A stretch of DNA of 64,000 bases from an uncultured delta proteobacterium. GTDB taxonomy: Bacteria; Desulfobacterota; Binatia; UBA9968. The stretch covers positions 416,001 through 480,000 of the forward strand of contig CAWFJP010000004.1 of assembly GCA_963816145.1 (NCBI GenBank), given 5' to 3'. Below the pieces are notes generated by a model, which searched no databases, was not told the DNA's origin, and saw only the letters and a program-made list of their open reading frames with translations. A program made the translations under genes and the position numbers. Below are positions 27,090-37,235 of the stretch, in pieces. Position 1 is the first letter of the stretch; every line of letters begins with the position of its first letter.

Positions 27090-29057
27090 TTGAAGTTACC
27101 GCTCGAGCAGCAGGCGATTTGGCATAACTGCCTTCATCCGTCGGGAACGTTTGTTGAGTTCCCCGAAGAGGATGTCGAGAGGTCGATCCCGGCGTTGTTC
27201 GAACAAATCGCGCTAAGTTATCACGACCGATTGGCCGTCAAATCCGGCGACCGCTCCATGACCTACGGTGAGTTGAACCGAAGCTCGAATCGGATCGCAA
27301 CTGCGATTTTCAACACCTTGGGTCATGGCCAAGAACCCGTAGGCGTATTGTGCCGCCACGACGCGCCTGTGGTCGCGGCGATCTTAGGAATCCTTAAGGC
27401 GGGTAAATTTTATTTGCCGATGGATGCCAATTGGCCGCGGCACCGAGCATCCACCATACTGGAAACCTCGCAAACCCGTCTCGTCGTAACCGACGACTTT
27501 CACTCTGATATCGCGGCTACCATGGTGCAGACTCAGGCAGATATCTTGAATATCGACACCCTTAATCAGGACACCGGTACCGATAATCTGGAATTGTCGC
27601 TGCCACCACAGTCCTGCGCCTATGTCATTTACACTTCCGGATCTACAGGAGAGCCAAAGGGAGTCCTGCAAAACCACCGAAACGTGATCCACTCGGTCAT
27701 GGCCAACACGAATAGTCTTCGCATTTGCCGGGAAGATCGTCTCACTGGTGTTTATCAGTATTACGCAAATGGTGGAGCTCATGATATTTTCACGGCCTTG
27801 CTGAACGGCGCGTCGCTGTTTCCCTTCGATGTCAGATGCTGGGGTCCGTCGTCGATTCCCGGATGGCTCAGCCGCGAAGCCATAACTATTTATCACTCGG
27901 TGCGAAGCGTGTTCCGCGAATTTGCGTTATCTCTGCGCGGGGATGAATCCTTTCCATCGCTGCGCGCGATCAGCCTGGGCGGAGAGAACGTGACAAAATT
28001 CGATGTCGACCTGTTCCAAAGATGTTTTTCCGACAGAGTCATCTTCGTGAACCGATTGGGCAGCACAGAATGCGGCCGAATCAGTCGATACTTTATCGAC
28101 AAAGAGACCATCATCGACACTCCGAACGTTCCGGTAGGCTACCCGAGTCCGGGCTACCAGATCGAAATTGTCGATGAGTTGGGAACAGCTCTGGCGAAGA
28201 ACATGGTCGGCGAAATTGTCGTAAAAAGTGAATTTTTATCCCCTGGCTACTGGCGCCGACCGGATCTGACAGAGGATAAATTCTCTCAGGAACCTAGGGG
28301 CGGTCCACAGCGACTGTACCGAACCGGGGATCTGGGCCGATTTTTGCCCGACGGTGGTCTCGAATATATCGGCCGCAAGGATTTTGAGGTTAAAATCGGC
28401 GGCAACCGCATTCAGATTGCTGAAATCGAATTGGCGCTGGCCGCGTTTCCATCAATAAAAGAAGTGCACGTTCTCGCACGGCAGGGAACACAGAGTGAGC
28501 CTCAATTAGTCGCGTACTACCGGGTCGAGGGGGCCGCGGACCCCAAACATTTCGAATTGAGGCGCTTTTTGCGCAATAGATTGCCCGGCATCATGATTCC
28601 ATCGGTGTTCATGAAGATCGAGAATTTTCCGCTCAGCGGTAGCAGCAAATTGGACCGCAACTCTCTGCCAATGCCGTCGAGGGGTAGACCGGATTTAGAA
28701 GCGAAGTTTGTGGCGCCTGAAACTGTCGTTGAAAAACTGCTCGCCAAGATCTGGACTGAGGTGCTTTCCATCGACCAGGTCGGCGTTAACGATAATTTTT
28801 TTGACCTTGGCGGCCACTCCCTTACGGCGACACGGGTGATCTCCCAGGTCATTACGCAATTTCGCTTGGTGCTGCCACTTCAATCTTTGTTTCAGTCGCC
28901 AACAGTCGCCGAGATGGCGGCCATCATCACACAGAACCAAGCGAAGCAAGCAAGCGACGCCGAGCTAGCTCGGATGCTGCGCGAGGTGGAGGCGATGACG
29001 GAGGACGAAGCGCAGCGGCGCGTGGACGAAATCAATTCGATAGTCTCAAATAAGTAG
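27090..29057 (+). CDS. Stand-alone NRPS-like adenylation + carrier (A-T) protein
   Basis: YTSGSTGEPKG, YRTGDLG, GRKDFEVKIGGNRI, PCP DNFFDLGGHSL; no C or TE domain. Confidence 0.9.
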   Translation: MKLPLEQQAIWHNCLHPSGTFVEFPEEDVERSIPALFEQIALSYHDRLAVKSGDRSMTYGELNRSSNRIATAIFNTLGHGQEPVGVLCRHDAPVVAAILGILKAGKFYLPMDANWPRHRASTILETSQTRLVVTDDFHSDIAATMVQTQADILNIDTLNQDTGTDNLELSLPPQSCAYVIYTSGSTGEPKGVLQNHRNVIHSVMANTNSLRICREDRLTGVYQYYANGGAHDIFTALLNGASLFPFDVRCWGPSSIPGWLSREAITIYHSVRSVFREFALSLRGDESFPSLRAISLGGENVTKFDVDLFQRCFSDRVIFVNRLGSTECGRISRYFIDKETIIDTPNVPVGYPSPGYQIEIVDELGTALAKNMVGEIVVKSEFLSPGYWRRPDLTEDKFSQEPRGGPQRLYRTGDLGRFLPDGGLEYIGRKDFEVKIGGNRIQIAEIELALAAFPSIKEVHVLARQGTQSEPQLVAYYRVEGAADPKHFELRRFLRNRLPGIMIPSVFMKIENFPLSGSSKLDRNSLPMPSRGRPDLEAKFVAPETVVEKLLAKIWTEVLSIDQVGVNDNFFDLGGHSLTATRVISQVITQFRLVLPLQSLFQSPTVAEMAAIITQNQAKQASDAELARMLREVEAMTEDEAQRRVDEINSIVSNK

Positions 29058-29573
29058 CTTGCGGTTTTTAGCCATTCGTCCGTGTACGATGTTCCGAGAG
29101 AATCGAGGAAAAGTCGCGCCACGGAAAAAGCTGGATGGGCATCGGTTATCAGTGTCCTCGATCCGTAGGCTTACACGAGTCGCTATGGGTGTCTGTCACT
29201 ATGCACATAGTGATGGTGTCAGACATGGATTATTTGATATTCGCCTTTCTCTCCTTGTCGCAGTCGTTGGCACATAGTCTCCAACTGCTTGCTGGCATGA
29301 ATCACAGCACGGGGGGGGCAGCACAGCACGATGGTAGACCCTCAACGCCGACAGAAGAATTTCACAGATCCTCGTAGGAACCGGCATTCGTCTGGCTGGT
29401 GGCCTTTGTGACATTGATATCGGCGAACGTCGGTCTATATTATTGGGTAGGTCTCTGAATTATGGACGATTGCTGTATCGATAAGAGTTGCGCTATCGAC
29501 GTGGTGAGCGTGGGGGACTGGCCTGAGTATTGACTAATGCTCGGCGAGTACAGGGTGACCCAAGTGATTATGC

Positions 29574-30173
29574 TCAATCGATCTTCCACCATTCCTGCCA
29601 TGCCTCCATATCGCGGAATAAGGGCAGGGAATCCGTCATCGCATCGCTCCGCACTAGCTGGAAGCGTTTCTTGAAAAGCTGCTCGGCTTCGGGCTCTGTC
29701 AGAGGAAACGGCGGCCCCGACGGCGACCTTTGCCCATATAAAAAGACGCCAATCAATCTGCCTCCGGCTGACAAGAGTTCTGCCATTCTGTTCACGTACT
29801 CAGGCCAGCGGGACGGAGTCATCGAACAAAGAAATGTTCGTTCGTAAATCAAGTCGAAGCGGCGTTGGCCGAAGTCGTATGTGAAGAAGTCTCCCAGAAC
29901 AACCCGTTCAGCCAAAAACCCTAGCGCATGTTTGGCTTGGTCAACGGCAGCAGGCGAAAAATCGATTGCCGAAACTTCGTACCCGGCCGCATGGAACGCC
30001 TGAATCTCGTAGCCGGAGCCACATCCCGGAATGAGCACTTTGCCCCGAACAGAAGATCTTTCAAGAAATGATTTCAACGCAGATGGAACACCGCCGAAGT
30101 CCCATGGCGTCTTACCTGCGGTGTAACGGACGGTCCAGAAATCCGGCTGGTTACTATCAGAAGAATTGTCCAT
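29574..30173 (-). CDS. Thiopurine S-/halide methyltransferase (TPMT family)
   Basis: FW..RY..GKTPWD, VLIPGCGSGYE, IDFSP.AV, FDLIYERTFLC, GPPF. Confidence 0.88.
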   Translation of the reverse strand: MDNSSDSNQPDFWTVRYTAGKTPWDFGGVPSALKSFLERSSVRGKVLIPGCGSGYEIQAFHAAGYEVSAIDFSPAAVDQAKHALGFLAERVVLGDFFTYDFGQRRFDLIYERTFLCSMTPSRWPEYVNRMAELLSAGGRLIGVFLYGQRSPSGPPFPLTEPEAEQLFKKRFQLVRSDAMTDSLPLFRDMEAWQEWWKID

Positions 30174-30527
30174 AGCACGCCTTTAACCCTAAGCGATGCG
30201 CTTCCTGAAGACAACGAGTAGCAGCATCATGTTCTTTATTCCTGAGAACAAGGGCGTGGGGGTCCGACTTTGACTTCATAACATTCCAGAGAAAAGTTGA
30301 AACCGCCGTCCTTGTAACGTTCATCAATCCGACGGTCAGCCAATCCCCGTAAGAATTCACGCCGCCATTCGCCTTGGAATCACTGGGCCTTCTACTTTTC
30401 GATTGACTCGTCCTGCCAATTTCGTTTGACGCGGGTTGGGGTTCTATGGAACTAATTCGGACCAGCAACTAGCGTGACGCGGCGAGCTAGGGAGAATCGC
30501 CTCGCAGCGACTCAAGTGAGGAATAAA

Positions 30528-31964
30528 ATGATTGTTAAGCACTGCATCGCTCGATGGGTATTTTTGTTCTTTTGCGTAATGCTCGCCGGTTGTTCGGCGA
30601 TGTCGCCGAGCCGACCGATTGTCATTCAAGGAGCTACCCTGATCGACGGCACGGGGCGGGCGGCGCTGGCCGACTCGGTGGTGGTGCTGCAAGGCGGACG
30701 ATTCCAAGCCGTCGGCAAGCGCGGTGACGTGGCGATTCCCCAGGGCGCCGAAGTGATCGACGCCAAGGGTAAAACGCTTTTGCCGGGATTCATCGACGGT
30801 CATTGCCATTACCGCGACTGGATGGGCGAGCTGTATCTTGCCTACGGCGTGGTGACTTGTCCGAACATTTCCAACAATCCGGTTGAATGGATCACGGCGC
30901 AACGCGAAGGCGTGAAGAACGGCACCATACGCGGGCCGCGGGTGTGGGCGTCGGCCAATATCATCGACGGGCCGCCGCCGGGCGGGACCGGCACACTGCG
31001 ACGCCAGCGCACCAGCATCATTGTCGACAATGACGACGAAGCGCGCCAAGCCGTGCGGGATTTAGTTGGTAAAGGCGTTGACGGCATCAAGCTGTTCGAG
31101 CGGCTGAAACCCAACGTCGCCAAGGCGGCGGTGGACGAGGCTCACAAGCTCGGCCGGCCGGTGTTCGGCCACTCGCTGGATATTTTCACCGCGGCGGCAA
31201 ACGGCTATCAGTCGGTGGAGCATTCCTGGTCGGTGGTCTACACCTCGATTCAAGATCCCAAGAAGAAAGAGGCCCTCGACATCGGCCGCATGCGCGGCAA
31301 GATCGACACCGCCGAGGTGCACGCCGAGATGGAACCGGCGATGTTCGATAAGATCATTCGCGCCATGATCGACAAGAATCTCCACTGGAGCACCACTTGG
31401 GCGACCTGGTTCCGGCCGCTATCGAGCTACGCCCCGGAGATGAAGCAGCGCGAGTTAACGCTGTTGCGCAATCCGCAATTGAAATATCTGCCGCCGTATA
31501 TTCTCAAAGACACCGAGAGCTTCTTCGCCAAGTACGAAAAGATGGCGCCGGACAAACGCCAGCAAGTTGTGGGCGGCTTTAAAATGCTCCAGGAGTTCGT
31601 GCGCAAGTTCGCCGCCGCCGGCGGCAAGATCCACTCAGGTTCCGATCCCAACCACGTCGTGCCGGGTTATGCCATTCATGCCGAGTTGCAGATGTTGATC
31701 GAGGCCGGACTGAAGCCGGAGCAAGCGATTCGCACGGCGTCGCTCAATGTCGCCGAGGCCTGGGGCAAAGAGAAGGATTTCGGCAGCGTCGAGAAGGGCA
31801 AGGTGGCGGATCTGATTCTCATTAACGGCGATCCGCTGAAGAATATTTCCGACACGCAAAGGATCGAGATGGTATTCAGCGAAGGAATCAAGGTCGACAC
31901 TGCGTATCACGCCGACTACAAAAATCCGCTGCCGCGGCCGATCGAAGACCGGCCGGAGCAATGA
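30528..31964 (+). CDS. Amidohydrolase family protein (putative lipoprotein)
   Basis: LAGC lipobox-like; IDAKGKTLLPGFIDGHCH, GSD, GSVEKGKVADL. Confidence 0.88.
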   Translation: MIVKHCIARWVFLFFCVMLAGCSAMSPSRPIVIQGATLIDGTGRAALADSVVVLQGGRFQAVGKRGDVAIPQGAEVIDAKGKTLLPGFIDGHCHYRDWMGELYLAYGVVTCPNISNNPVEWITAQREGVKNGTIRGPRVWASANIIDGPPPGGTGTLRRQRTSIIVDNDDEARQAVRDLVGKGVDGIKLFERLKPNVAKAAVDEAHKLGRPVFGHSLDIFTAAANGYQSVEHSWSVVYTSIQDPKKKEALDIGRMRGKIDTAEVHAEMEPAMFDKIIRAMIDKNLHWSTTWATWFRPLSSYAPEMKQRELTLLRNPQLKYLPPYILKDTESFFAKYEKMAPDKRQQVVGGFKMLQEFVRKFAAAGGKIHSGSDPNHVVPGYAIHAELQMLIEAGLKPEQAIRTASLNVAEAWGKEKDFGSVEKGKVADLILINGDPLKNISDTQRIEMVFSEGIKVDTAYHADYKNPLPRPIEDRPEQ

Positions 31965-32342
31965 GGCGATCCATTGAATAGAGTTTTTCAGGTTCTTGTG
32001 TGGATGATGTGTCACGTTCGGTTTGGGTTGTGCACCACGAAGGACACGAAGATCACGAAGTTCGGAATTTTGATCGTCCGAAATGTTCGTGATTTTCGTG
32101 GTGAAAGCCTCTTCACAGTAAGCCGGGATGCATCTTGAATGAAGACCAGCGACAGAGTCAAAGCGGTTTGTTTTCTTTTCTCGTCACCCTCCAGGATACT
32201 GTATCGCAATGCGCAAAGGCCCCACATCTGTCATCCCGAGCGCAGCGAGGGATCTCGTGTTTCCAGCCACAATCGAAGCAGAGATTCCTCGGCTTGGCCT
32301 CGGAATGACAGTTGCGACAAAGTCTCGACGAGGAGGGAGACG

Positions 32343-33458
32343 ATGAACTCGAGGGTGGTCAAGATTCGAAGGGCCCTCACCCCCGCCCTCTCCCGCTTTG
32401 CGGGCGAGGGGGCAAGAGGTTTAGGGCGCGGCAGTCGGCGTTTGGCCGTGTTGCTTATCTTATTGATGGTGGTGCCGCTAAGAACTTTCGCTGCGGAGCT
32501 ACGAACCGTCACTGTGCTTTCCTATCCCGACCGGCCGGCGAAGCTGCCGCTGTGGCTGGCGCAGGACGCGGGGATTTTCAAAAAGTACGGACTCGCCGTT
32601 GAAATCAAAACGCCCAACTCGGGCGAGGCGATCGCCGAAGGCGCGCGCGACAATGCGGCGGACATCTACGTCGCCACGGCCAACTGGATGGTGTCGGCCG
32701 TCGGCGACGGGGCGGATTTGATGTTCTTCGCCAATACCGGCTACAGCGTGCTCAAGCTATTATCACATCCATCGATTACGCGGCCCGAACAATTGCGCGG
32801 CAAGCGGGTCGGCACCGGCGAAGCGGGAAGCTCGCAGGACCGGATTACGCGCGAGACCTTGCGCCGGCTCGGTCTCGATGCCGACAAAGACGTTACGCTG
32901 GTGCCGTTCGGCAGCCGGAGTATTCAACGGCTGAACGCGCTGGTCAAAGGCGAGATCGATGCGACCACTAGCAACGAAGACAATATCTTCGACCTCGAAA
33001 GGCGCGGTGAGATCGACAAGGTTCGCGTTCTGGCCGACAACGACAGCTTGAAACTGTTCATCGGCGCGGGTGTCGACTTCGCCGTCACACGTAAGCTGCT
33101 GGTTAGCTCGCGCGACACGGTGAAAAAATTCGTCCAGGCGCTCAGCGAAGCGATCGCGCTGGCGCGGCGCGACCGCGCGGCGGCGGACCGAATTTATTCG
33201 AAGTATCTGAAAGTCAGCGATCCGGTGTTGCTCGAATTTATGTACCGCACCTATGTCCAGCACGCGATCCCCGAGCAGCCGTTCCCTAAATTGGACAACG
33301 TCGCGCTGGGCATCGCCGAGTTCGCTGCCAAGCCTGGGCTGAAGGGGAAATCCGCGGAGATGCTCACCGATATGTCGTTGGTGCGAGAGCTGGAGCGGGA
33401 CGGATTCTTCAACCGTTCTGACCAGGCCAAACCAGCCCACGGCGATCGCCCTGAATAA
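32343..33458 (+). CDS. ABC substrate-binding protein (NMT1/TauA-like)
   Basis: RBS AGGAGGGAG before ATG 32343; LWLAQDAGIFKKYGL, LRGKRVG, ELERDGFF. Confidence 0.85.
   Translation: MNSRVVKIRRALTPALSRFAGEGARGLGRGSRRLAVLLILLMVVPLRTFAAELRTVTVLSYPDRPAKLPLWLAQDAGIFKKYGLAVEIKTPNSGEAIAEGARDNAADIYVATANWMVSAVGDGADLMFFANTGYSVLKLLSHPSITRPEQLRGKRVGTGEAGSSQDRITRETLRRLGLDADKDVTLVPFGSRSIQRLNALVKGEIDATTSNEDNIFDLERRGEIDKVRVLADNDSLKLFIGAGVDFAVTRKLLVSSRDTVKKFVQALSEAIALARRDRAAADRIYSKYLKVSDPVLLEFMYRTYVQHAIPEQPFPKLDNVALGIAEFAAKPGLKGKSAEMLTDMSLVRELERDGFFNRSDQAKPAHGDRPE
32374..32412. repeat. CCCTCACCC..CTCTCCC..GGGAGAGG REP-like hairpin; related pair at 51454-51538
   Basis: CCCTCACCCCCGCCCTCTCCCGCTTTGCGGGCGAGGGGG versus CCCTCACCTCTGTCCTCTCCCGTCGAGGGAGAGG. 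Confidence 0.6.
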
Positions 33459-33703
33459 ATCTGATACTGATCAGTCTTCCAAATAAGATCGCCGCATATC
33501 GAGTTCCGTAACTCGATGACGCTGGAAGTCAGCGGGCGCACTGTTGCAATGCGGTATGTTAAAAGCGTGCATGTGGAATGCACGCCATAACCCTTGGGCG
33601 CGTCGGCACCCTTCAGCCTTGACGATAAAGAGGCTTTGCGCGGTCGCAGTTTTCGCTGCCAGGTTTTAGCAAGACTCCATTGATAGCGTAGCGCGGTTGG
33701 CTA

Positions 33704-33730
33704 GACCGCGCGCGTTGCCTGCGCGCGGTC
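33704..33730. terminator. Stem-loop between convergent SBP and SOD genes
   Basis: Perfect 10-bp stem GACCGCGCGC/GCGCGCGGTC. Confidence 0.55.
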
Positions 33731-33807
33731 GTAGTATTGATTTCTAGTGCGAGAGTGATTTTTATTTCATCTTAATTCCGACCGGTCGGTAAAACCGGAA
33801 CGAGATG

Positions 33808-34503
33808 CTAAAAGCGCTCCTTGGTTGAACTATCCTGCGCCGCGTTCTGGAGCGGTTTCAACCGGCGCTCAACGGCATCCCAGTTGATATTTGCGAAAAA
33901 CGCATCGATATACTTCGGGCGTTCGCTCGGCTGAAAGTCGAGCAAATAGGCGTGCTCCCAGACGTCCATCACCAGCACCGGCGTAAAACCGGCGATATTG
34001 CCGATTTCATGCGACGATATCCAGTGATTGCTCACGTGGCCGCGCTGGGGGTCTTGAAAGCAAATGACCCAGCCGACGCCGCGCATTTTACCCTTGGCGA
34101 CGAAATCCGCCTGCCAATTCTGATAACTGCCGAAACTGGACTGGGCGGCTTGCAGAAATATCGATTTGCCGTGGGGATCGCTGGAGCCGAATTTTTTCAG
34201 GTTGGCGAAATAATACTCGTGCAAAATCATGCCATTGTATTCAAACCCCAGGCGGCGAGTGAGCTCCGAATAAATATCGAAGTCGGCGCTTTCGACGCGA
34301 CCGTTTCTGGTGTACTCCGACAGACGCTCGTTGAGCTGGTTGGTTTGCTTTACGTAACCTTCGTAAAGCTTGAAATGCATTTCGAGGGTGCGATCGGATA
34401 TACTTTGCAGTCCGCTTAAGTTGAAGGTCTTGATCGGATACACGCGATCTTCGAGGGCTTCGAGATTGCCGGCTTTTTTTGCGTCCAGTTTACTGTTCAT
34501 CAT
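33808..34503 (-). CDS. Fe/Mn superoxide dismutase family protein
   Basis: LEMHFKLYEGYV, NGMILHEYYF, MDVWEHAY metal-ligand motifs. Confidence 0.9.
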   Translation of the reverse strand: MMNSKLDAKKAGNLEALEDRVYPIKTFNLSGLQSISDRTLEMHFKLYEGYVKQTNQLNERLSEYTRNGRVESADFDIYSELTRRLGFEYNGMILHEYYFANLKKFGSSDPHGKSIFLQAAQSSFGSYQNWQADFVAKGKMRGVGWVICFQDPQRGHVSNHWISSHEIGNIAGFTPVLVMDVWEHAYLLDFQPSERPKYIDAFFANINWDAVERRLKPLQNAAQDSSTKERF

Positions 34504-34562
34504 TTCCTCCTGGTTCTAAGGTTATTGTTGCTGCTATCGAACACATTCGCATAAGTTTATCT

Positions 34563-35039
34563 CTAGCTGATCTGCTGAGCGGTGCTCTCCCAATGTAGGA
34601 GCCGGCTTACCGGACGGCCTTGGGAGATCTCCAAGTCTTTGATTTCCTTGGTGCGGTCGCCAAAGCTAGCCTTCACGTCGTACTTGCCTTGGGGCAGTTC
34701 GACATAAAGCCATGGACCCGCGGTGGTGGTCCTCAAGATCTGCTTGCCATGCTGGTCGTCGACCGTAACCTTGACGTCGCTCAGGTAACCGCCATGGCGG
34801 TCGGCAAACTCTAGCTTAAGATCGTAACCCTGGGCCATCTTAAGCATCCGCGCGCGTTCTTCCTGTCCGACGCCGCCCGACATGAAGGCTGTGCCCTCCG
34901 GCGACTTCTCAGTGTCGATGCCGCTGGAAATTGACTGGGCACAAAGCGGCAATGGTTGTGCAAGCAGCAGCGCGAGCGGCAAGCCGGCCAGAGACACGAC
35001 ACGAGCTTTTTTTGCCGAGTTTACGAAAAACTTATCCAT
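34563..35039 (-). CDS. Secreted protein, carboxypeptidase-regulatory-like beta-sandwich
   Basis: Signal peptide; MSGGVGQEER, YLSDVKV, GPWLYVELPQGKY. Confidence 0.7.
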   Translation of the reverse strand: MDKFFVNSAKKARVVSLAGLPLALLLAQPLPLCAQSISSGIDTEKSPEGTAFMSGGVGQEERARMLKMAQGYDLKLEFADRHGGYLSDVKVTVDDQHGKQILRTTTAGPWLYVELPQGKYDVKASFGDRTKEIKDLEISQGRPVSRLLHWESTAQQIS

Positions 35040-35699
35040 CGTCGTTGCTCCTTCTTTGGCGAAATTTTGGAACCAATGTTATAGGCGTTTCATTTCCCTG
35101 CGGGTCAACGCTAGAGCAAATTTTCTAGAGTTGTGATTTGTAATCATATCGTGACGCAACTCCGATGCCAGCGAGGCGAAAGCGACGGCTGCGCGCGGCC
35201 AAAAACAATCGCCAGAAATTCTCCACTCTAACGGATGATGCAGGTGATCCGGCTCGATACGAGATGAATCAGCGCACGAGCGTGCGCGGTCTAACCGTGA
35301 CAAAAAGGTGTGACACGTGAGGCGCGATGGTCATAATCTGAAGTGCCCATTAGCGACCGTGCGTTTTTGGGTTGCGCGCCTTACTCATACGTTCGGCGCC
35401 ACACTTTTGTCGAGGTCGGTCATTTGGCGCGGCCATCCCGCGTGATGGGGGGCGAGCGGGTCGCGGTACTTTCGGAGGGTGTTCCCAAGCGCACCCTACC
35501 GGAGCGTACAATTGCGACCAACGCGTGGAAGGGATTTCTTGCCTCCGCGAGCTGGTCCAAGGCGATATTCGGCCGTATCTTCGGCGTACATCACCAATCC
35601 TCTCGAGAAGAATCGCGCCACCGGCGTTTTGCAGCCTTGGCCATTAACAGGCTTTGCACAGTTGAAGCTTTGGATTCCAGATGTTAGAAAGATCCCCGT

Positions 35700-35776
35700 G
35701 GTCGCATAGCTCAGTTGGTTAGAGCGCGCGCCTCACATGCGCGAGGTCGTAGGTTCAAGTCCTACTGCGACCACCA
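35700..35776 (+). tRNA. tRNA-Val (anticodon CAC)
   Basis: Acceptor stem GGTCGCA/TGCGACC, D-arm AGCTCAGTTGGTTAGAGC, anticodon stem CGCGC-CTCACAT-GCGCG, T-loop GGTTCAAGTCC, encoded CCA. Confidence 0.96.
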
Positions 35777-35856
35777 TCATTCCTGTTTCGCAGTTTCTTT
35801 TAGCTCCGATCATAAGATCTCGCTCTTTTGCACGGTTCCTTTGGGCACCCGCGCGG

Positions 35857-36210
35857 TTACCCATGGGCTGACTTGGCGATTAATTCGAGAACAGCTTCAT
35901 TGGTAAATGGTTTACCGAGGAGCGGTATGCCCAGCTTGACCGCTTGCTCGTCGAGTGAACGATCGGCAAAAGCGGAAATCAAAATTATCTTGGCGGCGGG
36001 GAATTGTTCCTTCAGTCCTTCTGCCAACTTGGTACCGGGAATCCTCGGCATGCGCACGTCGATGATGAAAAGCTCATAATAGTTTCGCTGCGCCAGCTTG
36101 AATGCCTCCAGTGCGCGGCTTGCCCAATCGACCTCATGGCCCCGAGAGGCCAATAGCTCCGCGAGTAACTGGCAAAATCTTCTATCGTCATCAACGACCA
36201 AAATTTGCAT
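35857..36210 (-). CDS. Stand-alone response regulator receiver protein
   Basis: ILVVDDD, IIDVRMP, ISAF, GKPF. Confidence 0.85.
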   Translation of the reverse strand: MQILVVDDDRRFCQLLAELLASRGHEVDWASRALEAFKLAQRNYYELFIIDVRMPRIPGTKLAEGLKEQFPAAKIILISAFADRSLDEQAVKLGIPLLGKPFTNEAVLELIAKSAHG

Positions 36211-36333
36211 AGCGTTTGCGGTCTCATTCAGGCAAACCGAGTCGGCGCGGCAAATTGAAACGTCGCTGTCGCTGCGGTCGTATCGAGCGGTTCGGCGCGG
36301 TCGATGGACTGAAGAGTTGCCCGCGGTTAGACA

Positions 36334-36744
36334 TCAGTGGAAAATGTGGTCCCCAGGGTGCCAATGGCTGGCATCGCTATCTTGCCAGTCTTGGAAAAGC
36401 GCCACTAGCAAGACGCCGCCGCCGATGGCCAAGTTGTTCCACGCGGCCGTCCTTAAATTAAAATAGCTGTATAAAAACGGATTGATCAGTGTCAGGAACC
36501 CGAGGGCGGTGACGAACCAATCGGCGAAGGCAATTTCACCCTCGCGCCGGGCCAGCAAACGACAAAGTGAAAAAGTTGCGATGCCGAAACCGAGTAACAA
36601 ATCTTCCCATAGGACTTTGAGGATTGTGTGGCTTAGAAGCACAAGGACAAAGGGCGACGTCATCAACCACAGGCCTAAGAACATATTCAGCCAGATGGCT
36701 CGCTTCAAATCGATCACCTCCAATACATCTTCGCAGTGAATCAT
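36334..36744 (-). CDS. SPW-repeat membrane protein
   Basis: WLN..LGLWLMTSPFVL and LGFLTLINPFL repeats, AAWNN. Confidence 0.7.
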   Translation of the reverse strand: MIHCEDVLEVIDLKRAIWLNMFLGLWLMTSPFVLVLLSHTILKVLWEDLLLGFGIATFSLCRLLARREGEIAFADWFVTALGFLTLINPFLYSYFNLRTAAWNNLAIGGGVLLVALFQDWQDSDASHWHPGDHIFH

Positions 36745-37024
36745 TTAATTGCAACAATAATGCTAGCGCGCAAGGTTAATGCCATGGATAGATCGATTTT
36801 TCGCTGACGCTTCCCGTGATTTTCCGGATGTGCTCGGCAAAATTGCCTCAGGTGTAGCGCAATTTTGCCACAGCTTGTGTGACCGCAATACCCAGCTCGC
36901 CAAATTCCTACACTCGCGACGGCGCATAAATTGATCAGATCAATATTCTCTAAACGGCGCGATGTTTGCTTTTGGAAGCTTCCGGAGCCGGACGTAGGGA
37001 ATAGATGATCTCGGCTAAGCGCTG

Positions 37025-37110
37025 TTGTCGTCGGAAAATGTTTGCGAAGTTGTCGGACCCGATGCCGACTACATTAGAAAAAATTTGCAGCGTTGGCGCG
37101 GGGGAGCAAA
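37025..37110 (+). pseudogene. Possible remnant of a small conserved hypothetical protein
   Basis: ENVCEVVGPDADYIRKNLQRW resembles an SFENICEVLG.D.DYIR.GL..W motif recalled from this lineage; no intact upstream part. Confidence 0.3.
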
Positions 37111-37235
37111 CGCAAGCCCGCTAATCGTTTGTTTTATGTCCTCGGACCCAGGACAGGGCACGGAGGGTCGCAAAATCAACTACCTGACATCCACACAGAC
37201 GTCGTCATAAGAGTGACGGAATCGCATTAAGGATC

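Noticed and set aside
29574-30173. TPMT-family methyltransferase as part of a selenium system with the two selenoproteins
   Set aside because: Some bacterial TPMTs methylate selenium compounds, but this gene lies in a separate island 6 kb from the nearer selenoprotein gene with no linking evidence
32139-32342. Long N-terminal extensions in the ORF track (also 43225-43368, 21173-21349, 16745-16912)
   Set aside because: They translate intergenic repeat elements; better RBS/start pairs or signal peptides lie downstream
36931-36943. TTGAT-CAG-ATCAA as an FNR box
   Set aside because: Spacer is 3 nt rather than the required 4; could be an indel or another regulator's site, but unsupported
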